From an uncultured Gemmatimonadales bacterium (GTDB lineage Bacteria; Gemmatimonadota; Gemmatimonadetes; Palauibacterales; Palauibacteraceae), in contig CAWANJ010000007.1 of NCBI GenBank assembly GCA_963783385.1, positions 1-64,000 on the forward strand: 64,000 bases of DNA, written 5' to 3'. A program made the position numbers and the translations under genes. The notes under the pieces are model-generated. The model did not search any database. It saw only the letters and a list, made by a program, of their open reading frames with translations, and had not been told where the DNA came from. Of the stretch, positions 22,487 through 30,627 are shown one piece after another (the stretch's first letter is position 1; the number at the start of each line of letters is the position of its first letter).

Positions 22487-24756
22487 GCGCGGCCCGGATC
22501 CTGGTCCTCACCCCCGGGTTCGGCGACGGGGGCGGGGAGCGCGCCGCCCTGCGCATGGCCGCCGCCCTGGTCCGGGCCGGCCACGACGCCCGCCTGGTCG
22601 CGCTCACGGGCCGGGACGACCTCCTGGACCGGGTCCCGCCGCGGGTGCCGGTGCGCGTGCTCGGGGCGCGCCGGGCCCTGGGCGCCGTGCCCGCCCTCGT
22701 CCGCCTCCTGCGCCAGGAGCGGCCCGACGCCGTCATCGCCCACCAGATGCGCGCCGCCCGGGCCGGCCTGGCGGCCCGCGCCCTGGCCCGGTCGGACGCC
22801 CGCTTCGTGGCGGTCGAGCACTCCCTGGCCCGGCGCCAGCTCGCCTCCCTGCCGCCGGGGGTCCGGACCGCCGCCCGGCTCCTCCTGGGCCGCCTGTACC
22901 GCGGAGCCGACGCGGTGGTGGCGCTGACCGACTGCGGGGCGCGCGAGTTCGAGGACCGCCTCGGCCTCCCGCCGGGCAGCGCGTGGGTCGTGCCCAACAT
23001 CGTGCTCGAGGACGGTGGGGTGGGTGCGGGGCCGCGGGCAGGGGAGGGCGCGGGTCCCGGGCCGGCGGAGCGCCCCGGGCCGGCGGACGGCGCCGGACCG
23101 GTCCGCCTCCTCTACCTGGGACGGCTCGTGCCCGAGAAGGGGGTCGACACGCTGCTCCGCGCCGCCGCCCTCCTGGCGGAGCGCCGCCCCGTGCGGCTGC
23201 GGGTGGCCGGGGGCGGCCCCGACCGGGCGCGGCTCGAGGCGCTGGCCGCGGAGCTGGGGCTGGGGGAGGTCGCCCAGTTCCTGGGCCCGTGCGACGACGT
23301 CCCGGGGCTGCTCGCCGGAGCGCACCTCCTCGTCCTCGCCTCCCGCGAGGAGGCCCTCCCCACGGTGCTGGTCGAGGCGCTCGCGGCCGGCGTGCGCGTG
23401 GTGGCGGCGGACGTGCCCTGCGGGCCGCGGGAGATCCTGGGAGGCGGCCGCTGGGGGACCCTGGTCCCGCCCGGCGACCCGGGGGCGCTGGCGGCCGGGA
23501 TCGAGCGCGAGCTGGCCGCGGACCGGTCCGACGCGGGGCTGGGCGAGCACCTGGCCCGCTACACCGCGGGCGCGGTCCTCCCGCGGATCACGGCGCTGGC
23601 CGGGGTGGCGGGGGGCGGCGGCCGGGAGGGCGCGCTCGCCGGGCGCACCGTGCTCCTGTTCGGGCCTTTCGGCCCTCCGCACGGCGGCTGGTCCCACGTC
23701 GCCTGCGCCACCCGCGATCTCCTGCGCGGCCGCGGGGCGCGCGTCCTCACCGCCCAGTCCCTCGTCACCCGCCGCCCGCGGGGGAACGACGCGCGGCTCG
23801 CCAAGGGACTGCGCGGCGCGGCCAGCCTGCGGCGGCTGCGGAGGACGCTCCGCGTGCCGGGCATCGACGCGGCGATCCTGTGCGTGGGCGCCCGGGGGAG
23901 CTTCGTCCGCGACCTGGCGGCGGCGGGCATGGTGCGGCGCGCCGGGCTGCCGGTCGTGGTGCGGGTGTTCGGGACCGGCCTCGACGAAGCGATCGCGGCT
24001 TTCCCCGTCCCCCTTCGGACCCGGGGCCTGCGCCTCCTGCGCGAGGCCGCCGCGGTCCTGGTCGAGACCGCCTCCCACGCCGAGCGGCTGCGCGCCCTGG
24101 GCGCCCGGCGGGTCCTCCTCGTCCCGAACTTCGTGCCCGAGGCCCGGGTGGCCGGGCGCCTCCACCCGGCGGGCCGCGCGCCGGACGGGCTCCTGAGGAT
24201 CGTCTACGTGGGGCGGCTGGATCCGGTGAAGGGGGTGGGGGACGCCCTCGAGGCGCTGGGGTCGCTGCCGGCGGGGGTGCCGTGGCGATTGGACGTGGTG
24301 GGACCGGCGTGGCATGGCGGCCCGTCGCCGGAGGAGCTGGCGCGCACGGCGCGCGGGGCGCCGGGCGAGGTGGCCGTGCACGGCCCGCTCGACCCGGACG
24401 CCGTGTACCATCTCCTCGCTGGCTCCGATGTCCTGGTGTGTCCGACGCGGTACGCCGAAGGCCAGCCGGCGGTCGTGGTCGAGGCCATGGCGCACGGCGT
24501 CGTCCCCCTCGTCCCGCCGATCGAGGGAGCGGCGGGCCTGGTCGAGGACGGCGAGACGGGGCTCGTGGTCGAGGCCGGGAACCCGGCAGCGCTGGCCGCG
24601 GCGGTCGAGCGGCTGGCGGCCGACCGCGCGTGGACGGCCAGGCTGGGCCGGGCGGCCGCGGCGCGCGTGCGGGAGGTGGGTTCGGAGGCCGTGGCGGCGC
24701 GCGTGCTGGGCGAGGCGCTGGCGGCGGCGCTCGATCCGCGAGCGGGGCGCCGGTGA
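22483..24756 (+). CDS. Tandem (double) GT4 glycosyltransferase
   Basis: two full GT-B units: GGGERA...YLGRLVPEKG...EALPTVLVEA and YVGRLDPVKG...EGQPAVVVEAMA. Confidence 0.85.
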   Translation: MSAARILVLTPGFGDGGGERAALRMAAALVRAGHDARLVALTGRDDLLDRVPPRVPVRVLGARRALGAVPALVRLLRQERPDAVIAHQMRAARAGLAARALARSDARFVAVEHSLARRQLASLPPGVRTAARLLLGRLYRGADAVVALTDCGAREFEDRLGLPPGSAWVVPNIVLEDGGVGAGPRAGEGAGPGPAERPGPADGAGPVRLLYLGRLVPEKGVDTLLRAAALLAERRPVRLRVAGGGPDRARLEALAAELGLGEVAQFLGPCDDVPGLLAGAHLLVLASREEALPTVLVEALAAGVRVVAADVPCGPREILGGGRWGTLVPPGDPGALAAGIERELAADRSDAGLGEHLARYTAGAVLPRITALAGVAGGGGREGALAGRTVLLFGPFGPPHGGWSHVACATRDLLRGRGARVLTAQSLVTRRPRGNDARLAKGLRGAASLRRLRRTLRVPGIDAAILCVGARGSFVRDLAAAGMVRRAGLPVVVRVFGTGLDEAIAAFPVPLRTRGLRLLREAAAVLVETASHAERLRALGARRVLLVPNFVPEARVAGRLHPAGRAPDGLLRIVYVGRLDPVKGVGDALEALGSLPAGVPWRLDVVGPAWHGGPSPEELARTARGAPGEVAVHGPLDPDAVYHLLAGSDVLVCPTRYAEGQPAVVVEAMAHGVVPLVPPIEGAAGLVEDGETGLVVEAGNPAALAAAVERLAADRAWTARLGRAAAARVREVGSEAVAARVLGEALAAALDPRAGRR

Positions 24757-25874
24757 CCCGCGTCCTGTCGGTGGTCGGGGCCCGGCCCAACTTCATGAAG
24801 GTGGCGCCCCTCCACCGCGAGCTGGTGGCGCGGGGAAGGGCCGTGTCCGTCCTCGTCCACACCGGACAGCACTACGACGCCCTCATGAGCGACGTGTTCA
24901 TGGCCGGGCTGGAGCTCCCCGAGCCGGCCGCCTCGCTGGACGCCGGGAGTGGCACGCACGCCGAGCAGACGGCGCGCGTCATGGTGGGGTTCGAGCGGGC
25001 GCTGGGCGACCTGGCTCCGGACCTGGTCGTGGTGGTGGGGGACGTGAACTCGACCCTGGCCTGCGCGCTGGTCGCCGCCAAGCGCGGCGTGCCGCTCGCG
25101 CACGTGGAGGCCGGGCTCCGGAGCGGCGAGCGCGGCATGCCCGAGGAGGTGAACCGGGTCCTCACCGACCGCCTCTCCGACCTCCTGTTCGTCACCGAGG
25201 AGAGTGGCCTGCGCAACCTGGAGCGCGAGGGGATCCCGGCGGAGCGCGTGCATTTCGTCGGGAACGTGATGATCGACTCGCTCGTGCACGCGCGGTCGAG
25301 CCGCCCGGAGCCTCCGACGGCGGCGCGGCTCGGGCTCCAGGGAGGGGAGTACGTGGTGGTGACCCTGCACCGCCCCTGCAATGTGGACGTGCCGGACCGG
25401 CTGGAGGCGCTGGCGCGGGCGCTGGGGCGGATCGCGTCCGCCCGTCCGGTCGTGTTCCCGGCCCACCCCAGGACCCGGGAACGGCTCGAGCGAGCGGGGC
25501 TCCGGGCGGCGCTCGGGGACGTCCGGCTCCTCGAGCCGATGGGCTACGTCGAGTTCCTCTCGCTGGTCGAGCACGCCGGCGTGGTCGTCACCGATTCCGG
25601 CGGTCTCCAGGAGGAGACCACGTGGCTGGGCGTGCCCTGCCTCACCGTCCGGAACGGCACCGAGCGGCCGGTGACCGTCGAGCTGGGCACCAACCGCCTG
25701 TGCCCCGGCGACCCCGCCGTGCTGGTCGACCACGTGCGCCGCGCTCTCCAGCGCACGCCCGAGCCCACGCGGGCGCGGGCCGGCGGTCCGCCGCTGTGGG
25801 ACGGCCGGACCGCACCCAGGATCGTGGATGTGATCGAGGGCTTCCTGGATCGGGGCGCGCCCGCCGGGAGGTGA
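24753..25874 (+). CDS. wecB: UDP-N-acetylglucosamine 2-epimerase (non-hydrolysing)
   Basis: VVGARPNFMK, HTGQHYD, GDVNST, HVEAGLRS, TDSGGLQEE, TERP. Confidence 0.95.
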   Translation: MTRVLSVVGARPNFMKVAPLHRELVARGRAVSVLVHTGQHYDALMSDVFMAGLELPEPAASLDAGSGTHAEQTARVMVGFERALGDLAPDLVVVVGDVNSTLACALVAAKRGVPLAHVEAGLRSGERGMPEEVNRVLTDRLSDLLFVTEESGLRNLEREGIPAERVHFVGNVMIDSLVHARSSRPEPPTAARLGLQGGEYVVVTLHRPCNVDVPDRLEALARALGRIASARPVVFPAHPRTRERLERAGLRAALGDVRLLEPMGYVEFLSLVEHAGVVVTDSGGLQEETTWLGVPCLTVRNGTERPVTVELGTNRLCPGDPAVLVDHVRRALQRTPEPTRARAGGPPLWDGRTAPRIVDVIEGFLDRGAPAGR

Positions 25875-26001
25875 GGGCGCGCGGGTCGTGGTCCGGGCCG
25901 AGCGGACCGTGGCAGGGGCGGCCGAGGTCCTGGGCGTCGTGTTCAACGACGCCGAGGCGGACGGCAAGTAGGGGCTCGGGAAGCTGCTGCCGTTCGGGTA
26001 G
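25873..26001 (+). pseudogene. Internally deleted copy of the wzc 3' end
   Basis: gccgaggtcctgggcgtcgtgttcaacgacgc and gaagctgctgccgttcgggtagggg are identical to stretches of 8881-9012. Confidence 0.85.
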
Positions 26002-26004
26002 GGG

Positions 26005-27279
26005 CTAGGGGCCGAGCAGGGCCGCGGGAACGACGGCGATGCCGTCGGGACGCCGGTAGGCTCCGGGGCCCGTGTTGACCACGACCGCGTCCAGCAGGGC
26101 ACCGCCCAGCCGCTCCTCGAGCCACCGGAGATGCTCGACGTCGCCTTCCTCCACGGTTCCACCCAGCTTCACCTCGATCGCCAGCACCCGTCCGTCGTCG
26201 CGCTCCAGGATGAGATCCACCTCGTGGCGCCCGCCCCTGAGCCGAAGGTGCAACACGGTGGCTTCGGCCGCCTGTGCGTAGACCCGAACGCAAAGCGTGA
26301 CCAGGGACTCGAACAGGCGGCCCAGGAGGGCACCTCCCCCATGCGGGATGGGCGCTCGGCCCTGCTCTCCGCGCACCAGGGCGCCCTCTCCGACGCCCAG
26401 CAGACGGGCCGCGAGCGCGGGATCTACCAGATGGTGCTTGGGAGCGCTTCCCAGCCGGGAGAAATAGTTGCGGCTCGGAATCCAGGCCGGAACCTGGTCC
26501 AGAATCCAGAGCTGCTCGAGGGTCTCCCGGTAGGGAAGGGTCGTGCTGCGGGCGGGCTTGTCGCCCCTTCCCCCCGTTGCGGCGTCGCGGATCGTCTCGT
26601 AGGACGCGGTCGTCGCCGTCGCCGCGGCGAACGCCGCCATCCATCGCCGGAGGCTCGCCGGGTCCCTCACGACGTGACCCTGCTGCTCGAAGTCCACGTC
26701 CACGATCCGGTGAAGGTAGCTGTCCAGCTGGGCCCGTAGGGCGCGGTCTGAGAGGTCGCGCAGCCCGGGAAAGCCCGAGGCGACGATCTCGCGAGCGTAG
26801 TCGGCGAGCCTCACTTCCGTGCGCCCGTCGACCGGGAGCCCGGCTCCTTCCAGGAGCCGGGCCAGGCTCACGCTCGGCGACTCGAGCCCGCGCTCGCTCA
26901 GGGTCATGGGACGCATCCGCAGGGTGACGATCCGACCGGCCCCGGAATGCGTGGGGCCTCGAACGGGCGCGGCCGAGCCCGTGAGGAGGAAGCGTCCGGG
27001 CGTGGCGTCCTCGTCGACGGCGCGCCGGACCACGTCCCAGGTGGAGGGAGCGCGTTGCCATTCGTCGACCAGGATCGGCGGCTCGCCCCGCAGGATGCTG
27101 CGGGCGTCGGCCCGCACGATCTCGAGCTGGGCGGGGTCGTCGAGGCGATGCTGGGTCCTGGCGCGACGCGAGGCCGTGGCGGTCTTCCCGACCGCCCGGG
27201 GTCCCTCGAGCGCGAGGGCGGGCAGTGCCGGAAGCAGCTCGTCCAGCTCCTCATCGACGACCCGTCGGATGTACTTCAC
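26005..27279 (-). CDS. Second AAA ATPase with DUF4143
   Basis: GPRAVGKT, VDEWQR, FLLTGSA, SGFP, APKHHLVDP, EVDLILE...AIEVK. Confidence 0.9.
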   Translation of the reverse strand: MKYIRRVVDEELDELLPALPALALEGPRAVGKTATASRRARTQHRLDDPAQLEIVRADARSILRGEPPILVDEWQRAPSTWDVVRRAVDEDATPGRFLLTGSAAPVRGPTHSGAGRIVTLRMRPMTLSERGLESPSVSLARLLEGAGLPVDGRTEVRLADYAREIVASGFPGLRDLSDRALRAQLDSYLHRIVDVDFEQQGHVVRDPASLRRWMAAFAAATATTASYETIRDAATGGRGDKPARSTTLPYRETLEQLWILDQVPAWIPSRNYFSRLGSAPKHHLVDPALAARLLGVGEGALVRGEQGRAPIPHGGGALLGRLFESLVTLCVRVYAQAAEATVLHLRLRGGRHEVDLILERDDGRVLAIEVKLGGTVEEGDVEHLRWLEERLGGALLDAVVVNTGPGAYRRPDGIAVVPAALLGP

Positions 27280-27313
27280 GGGATTCGCCCCGGTGGTCGG
27301 GAGTTCCGTCGCC

Positions 27314-27377
27314 GTACGCTACAGAATGGACAGAATGTACGCTACAGTTTGGACGGACGCAAGGCTACACATTGGAC
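27314..27377. repeat. Three direct repeats GCTACA-N3-TGGAC, exact 23-bp period, upstream of ATPase 2
   Basis: GCTACA at 27318, 27341, 27364; TGGAC at 27327, 27350, 27373. Confidence 0.8.
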
Positions 27378-27386
27378 GAGTCGGGC

Positions 27387-27512
27387 GCCGGGCTCGACAG
27401 CCAGGGCCAGGTAAGGCTTCTCCGGGGGCATCGGGTGCTCCGGGGGGTTGGCCGATGCGAGCGCAGTTCACCCGCTTCGTGGGTGACATTCACCCGCGTG
27501 ATGGGTGATTCG
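27387..27512 (-). pseudogene. Remnant of the ATPase 1 5' end plus its palindrome pair
   Basis: encodes MPPEKPYLALAVEPG versus MPPEKPYLARAVEPG at 11924; TTCACCC-N6-TGGGTGA twice at 27467 and 27489. Confidence 0.8.
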
Positions 27513-27587
27513 CACCAGGGACATCGAGACCGAGGGGCATGACGGCCCGTACTCGGAGGGCCGCCCCCCGGTCCCACGTCGCCGCGC

Positions 27588-27645
27588 GTCGGGATCGTGC
27601 TTTGGCCGGGCCGGTTCCCGACATCCCGCGTCCCCGCGGAGACGC
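27588..27645. repeat. REP-like element GTCGGGATCG...TTCCCGAC-N5-GCGTCYCCGCGGRGACG
   Basis: other copies at 28163-28218 and (partial) 14267-14310; core palindrome also inside the HNH gene at 13321 and 13568. Confidence 0.6.
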
Positions 27646-27675
27646 GGGAGCCGGTTCCCGGCGAACGGCCAGGCC

Positions 27676-28062
27676 TTACAGACCGCCGCCGCCGCCGATC
27701 CAGGCCGGGTCGTCGTCGCCCCGGGTGCTGTAGATCCTCAGCACCTTGCCGGTGTGCGCGTCCACGATCACGTGGCGCTCGACCAGCCGCTCGTCCACGG
27801 TGAGGTCCACCCGGTAGACCTCCCGGCCGTTCCGGGTCTCGAGCTGGGCGTTCACCGGATAGGTCATGGGGAGCTTCGAGGCGGCGATCTTCTCGGCGTG
27901 GTCCGCGGTCAGGATGCCGCGTGCCGGGGCCGCCGGCTGCGCGGCCAGTGGGCTCGCCAGGGCGAGGCCGGCCACCACCGCTCCCGCCCATACCAGGCGC
28001 CGCATCCCGGTGCCGTGACTCCGATCTTGCTGCATCCGTCGCTGCATCTGCATCGTGCTCAT
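27676..28062 (-). CDS. Secreted PepSY-domain protein
   Basis: signal peptide, LTADHAEKIA, AQLE...VYRVDL...VIVDAHTGKVL; GAGGAG RBS. Confidence 0.8.
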   Translation of the reverse strand: MSTMQMQRRMQQDRSHGTGMRRLVWAGAVVAGLALASPLAAQPAAPARGILTADHAEKIAASKLPMTYPVNAQLETRNGREVYRVDLTVDERLVERHVIVDAHTGKVLRIYSTRGDDDPAWIGGGGGL

Positions 28063-28435
28063 GGCGTCACTCCTCGTTTGGGGCCGCACGTCGCGTGGGG
28101 CCCGCGCGGAGGTCCGCCCGCGGCGCATTCTCGCCTCTCGTGTAATGCATAAGCGGGGCCATGTCGGGATCGGTTTCGGGGGCGTGATTCCCGACGCGCT
28201 GCGTCTCCGCGGGGACGCCGATCCGAGGTCCGTCCCCGCACCGGCTCGGGCGCCCGGTGCCGGGCCTCGACGGCCCGAGGAGGATCCTCCTACGCCTTTC
28301 CGGCAACCTCGCGTGCCGCGCGACCCGGACACAGCCGAGCCGCGCCGGCTCTGGACACGGGACGGTCTTTTTCGGACCTTGGACGGCAATCCCGAAAAAT
28401 AGAGCTTCGAGGATGCTCATCGAAGCGGAGGTGAT

Positions 28436-29605
28436 GTGACGACGCCAGATCGCGAAGTCCTCGTCGTGGGCGCGGGCCCGGCCGGCTGCTGGGCCGCCCG
28501 CCGCCTGGCCGAGAAGGGGCGCGACGTGGCGCTCGCCGACGAGAACCCCGGTCCCCGGCGGTCCATCGTGTGCACGGGGATCGTGGGGAGCGAGGCGTTC
28601 GGGGCTCTCCCCCTGCCGGAGAGCGCCGTCACCGACCTGGTCCGCCGCGCGTGGTTCTACTCTCCCTCGGGCACGGCCGTCCGCCACGAGCCCTCCCGGC
28701 CCCTGGCCCGGGTGGTGGACCGCACCCGCTTCGACGCCGCCCTGGCGCGGGGTGCCGAGCGAGCGGGGGCCGAGCTCCTGCGCTCCCACGGCGCCCGCTC
28801 CGTGCGCCGCGAGAAGGGGCGCGTGGTGGTCGGCTTCCGCACCCCGGACGGGGAGCGCGAGATCGGCGCGCGGGTCCTGGTGGTGGCCACCGGCCACCAG
28901 CGCTGGCTGCACGAGGAGGCGGGCCTCGGGGTGCCGGGCTACTACGTGCACGGCGTGCACGCCGATCTCCCCTTCGGGCCCCTGGAGGGCGCCGAGCTCT
29001 ACTTCGGAAACCGGGTCGCCCCGGGCTTCTTCGCGTGGGCGGTGCCGTTCGGGAACGGGCTGGCGCGCCTCGGCGTGCTGGCCCCGCAGGGGAGCCGCCG
29101 GCTGTTCCGCCGCTTCGTGGCCCGCGAGCCCATCCGCTCCCGCATGGCCCCCGAGGCGCGCGCCGACGCCTTCGTGCGGCGCCGCCTCCACAGCCGCGGC
29201 ATCGTGCAGGGCCCGGTGAGCCCCAGCTACGCCGACCGGGTGCTGGCCGTGGGCGAGGCGGCCGGCCAGGTCAAGACCACCACGGCCGGCGGCATCTACT
29301 ACGGCATGCTGGGCGCCGGCATCGCGGCCGACGTGCTGGACGACGCGCTCGCCACCGGCCGCCTGGACGCCCGCTCCCTGGCCGGCTACGAGGAGGCGTG
29401 GAAGGCGCGCCTGGGGCCGGAGATCGACCTGGGCCTGCGCCTGCAGCGGGCCGTGCGCGGCATGGACGACGGCCAGATCGACCGGGTGTTCGAGTCGCTG
29501 GAGAGCGGCATGGGCGCCGTCGTGCGCCGCGTGGTCCACTTCGACTGGCAGCGCGCCGCCGTGCGGGTGCTGCTGGGCGGCGTGCTGACCTCGGTGGTGA
29601 GCTGA
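28436..29605 (+). CDS. Geranylgeranyl reductase-family FAD oxidoreductase
   Basis: VVGAGPAG, VVDRTRFD, FAWAVP, VGEAAGQVKTTTAGGIYYG. Confidence 0.85.
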   Translation: MTTPDREVLVVGAGPAGCWAARRLAEKGRDVALADENPGPRRSIVCTGIVGSEAFGALPLPESAVTDLVRRAWFYSPSGTAVRHEPSRPLARVVDRTRFDAALARGAERAGAELLRSHGARSVRREKGRVVVGFRTPDGEREIGARVLVVATGHQRWLHEEAGLGVPGYYVHGVHADLPFGPLEGAELYFGNRVAPGFFAWAVPFGNGLARLGVLAPQGSRRLFRRFVAREPIRSRMAPEARADAFVRRRLHSRGIVQGPVSPSYADRVLAVGEAAGQVKTTTAGGIYYGMLGAGIAADVLDDALATGRLDARSLAGYEEAWKARLGPEIDLGLRLQRAVRGMDDGQIDRVFESLESGMGAVVRRVVHFDWQRAAVRVLLGGVLTSVVS

Positions 29606-29746
29606 GCCGGAGGGGCGGGGCCGGGCACGGCTCGCCACACAGGCGGAGTGTCCGCCTGTTGAGGTGCCGTTGATACCGTGATGTGAGGCTGCAAGTTCGC
29701 GGTGCAGCGTGTCGTGAGCTTGCGAGAAGACGATGAAGGAGGGCCG

Positions 29747-30577
29747 ATGACGCCGGAGCGCGCGGCCGCTGAACGCCAGGATCCCCGTCCGGGGGACCCG
29801 CCCGCATGCCCCGCACGTCCGCCGCACTCGCCCCGCCGCCACGGGCCCATCCGCGGCCTGCTGCACCTGATCGGGCGCGACGACAAGGGGGAGGCCGTGG
29901 CGTGGGCCGTTCCCCTCCCGCGGCCGGGCGGGGAGGCGCTGGGCGGCTGGCTCGCGGGGCGCCTGGACGCCACCGCCAAGCGCGTGATGGACGTCGTCCT
30001 CTCCGGCGCCGGGCTCCTGGTCTCCCTGCCGGTGTCCCTCCTCCTGGCCGCCGCGATCGTGGCCGAGGACGGCGGGCCCGTCGTCTACGCCCAGGAGCGC
30101 GTGGGCCGTGGCGGCGGGATCTTCACCGGGCTCAAGTTCCGCTCCATGCGGCCCCTGGCCGACGATGAGGCCGAGCACCAGGCCGCCGAGCGCGAGTCGG
30201 AGCGCATCACGCGCGTGGGGCGGCTGATGCGCGCCACGGCGCTGGACGAGCTGCCGCAGCTCTGGAACATCTTCCGGGGCGACATGAGCTTCGTCGGGCC
30301 GCGCGCTCTCATGCCAAGGGAGGCCGAGCCCGGGAGCGACGGCCGGCCGGTCCCGCTCCAGGAGCTGCCCGGCTACCGCGAGCGCCACTCCGTCCGCCCA
30401 GGGCTCACCGGCATGGCCCAGGTCCACCTGCGGCGGGACGCGACCCGGCTGCAGAAATTCCGCTACGACCTCCTGTACGTGCGCACCCGCACCCTGCGGC
30501 TCGACCTCGCTCTCATCGCGCGCTCCGTGTGGATCAGCCTGCGGGGGGCGTGGCCCGACGTGGGGAAGGGGGCCTGA
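29747..30577 (+). CDS. Bacterial sugar transferase (priming phosphoglycosyl transferase)
   Basis: KRVMD, KFRSM, RITRVG...LDELPQLWNIFRGDMSFVGPRA, VRPGLTG; start uncertain. Confidence 0.9.
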   Translation: MTPERAAAERQDPRPGDPPACPARPPHSPRRHGPIRGLLHLIGRDDKGEAVAWAVPLPRPGGEALGGWLAGRLDATAKRVMDVVLSGAGLLVSLPVSLLLAAAIVAEDGGPVVYAQERVGRGGGIFTGLKFRSMRPLADDEAEHQAAERESERITRVGRLMRATALDELPQLWNIFRGDMSFVGPRALMPREAEPGSDGRPVPLQELPGYRERHSVRPGLTGMAQVHLRRDATRLQKFRYDLLYVRTRTLRLDLALIARSVWISLRGAWPDVGKGA

Positions 30578-30627
30578 CGGGCCGTCTTGCGGCGGGGGCC
30601 CGGCGTGCCCATCGTCGCAACGTGAAG

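Noticed and set aside
27314-27377. Possible CRISPR mini-array
   Set aside because: The 23-bp period leaves no room for spacers, there are only three degenerate units, and no cas genes are present.
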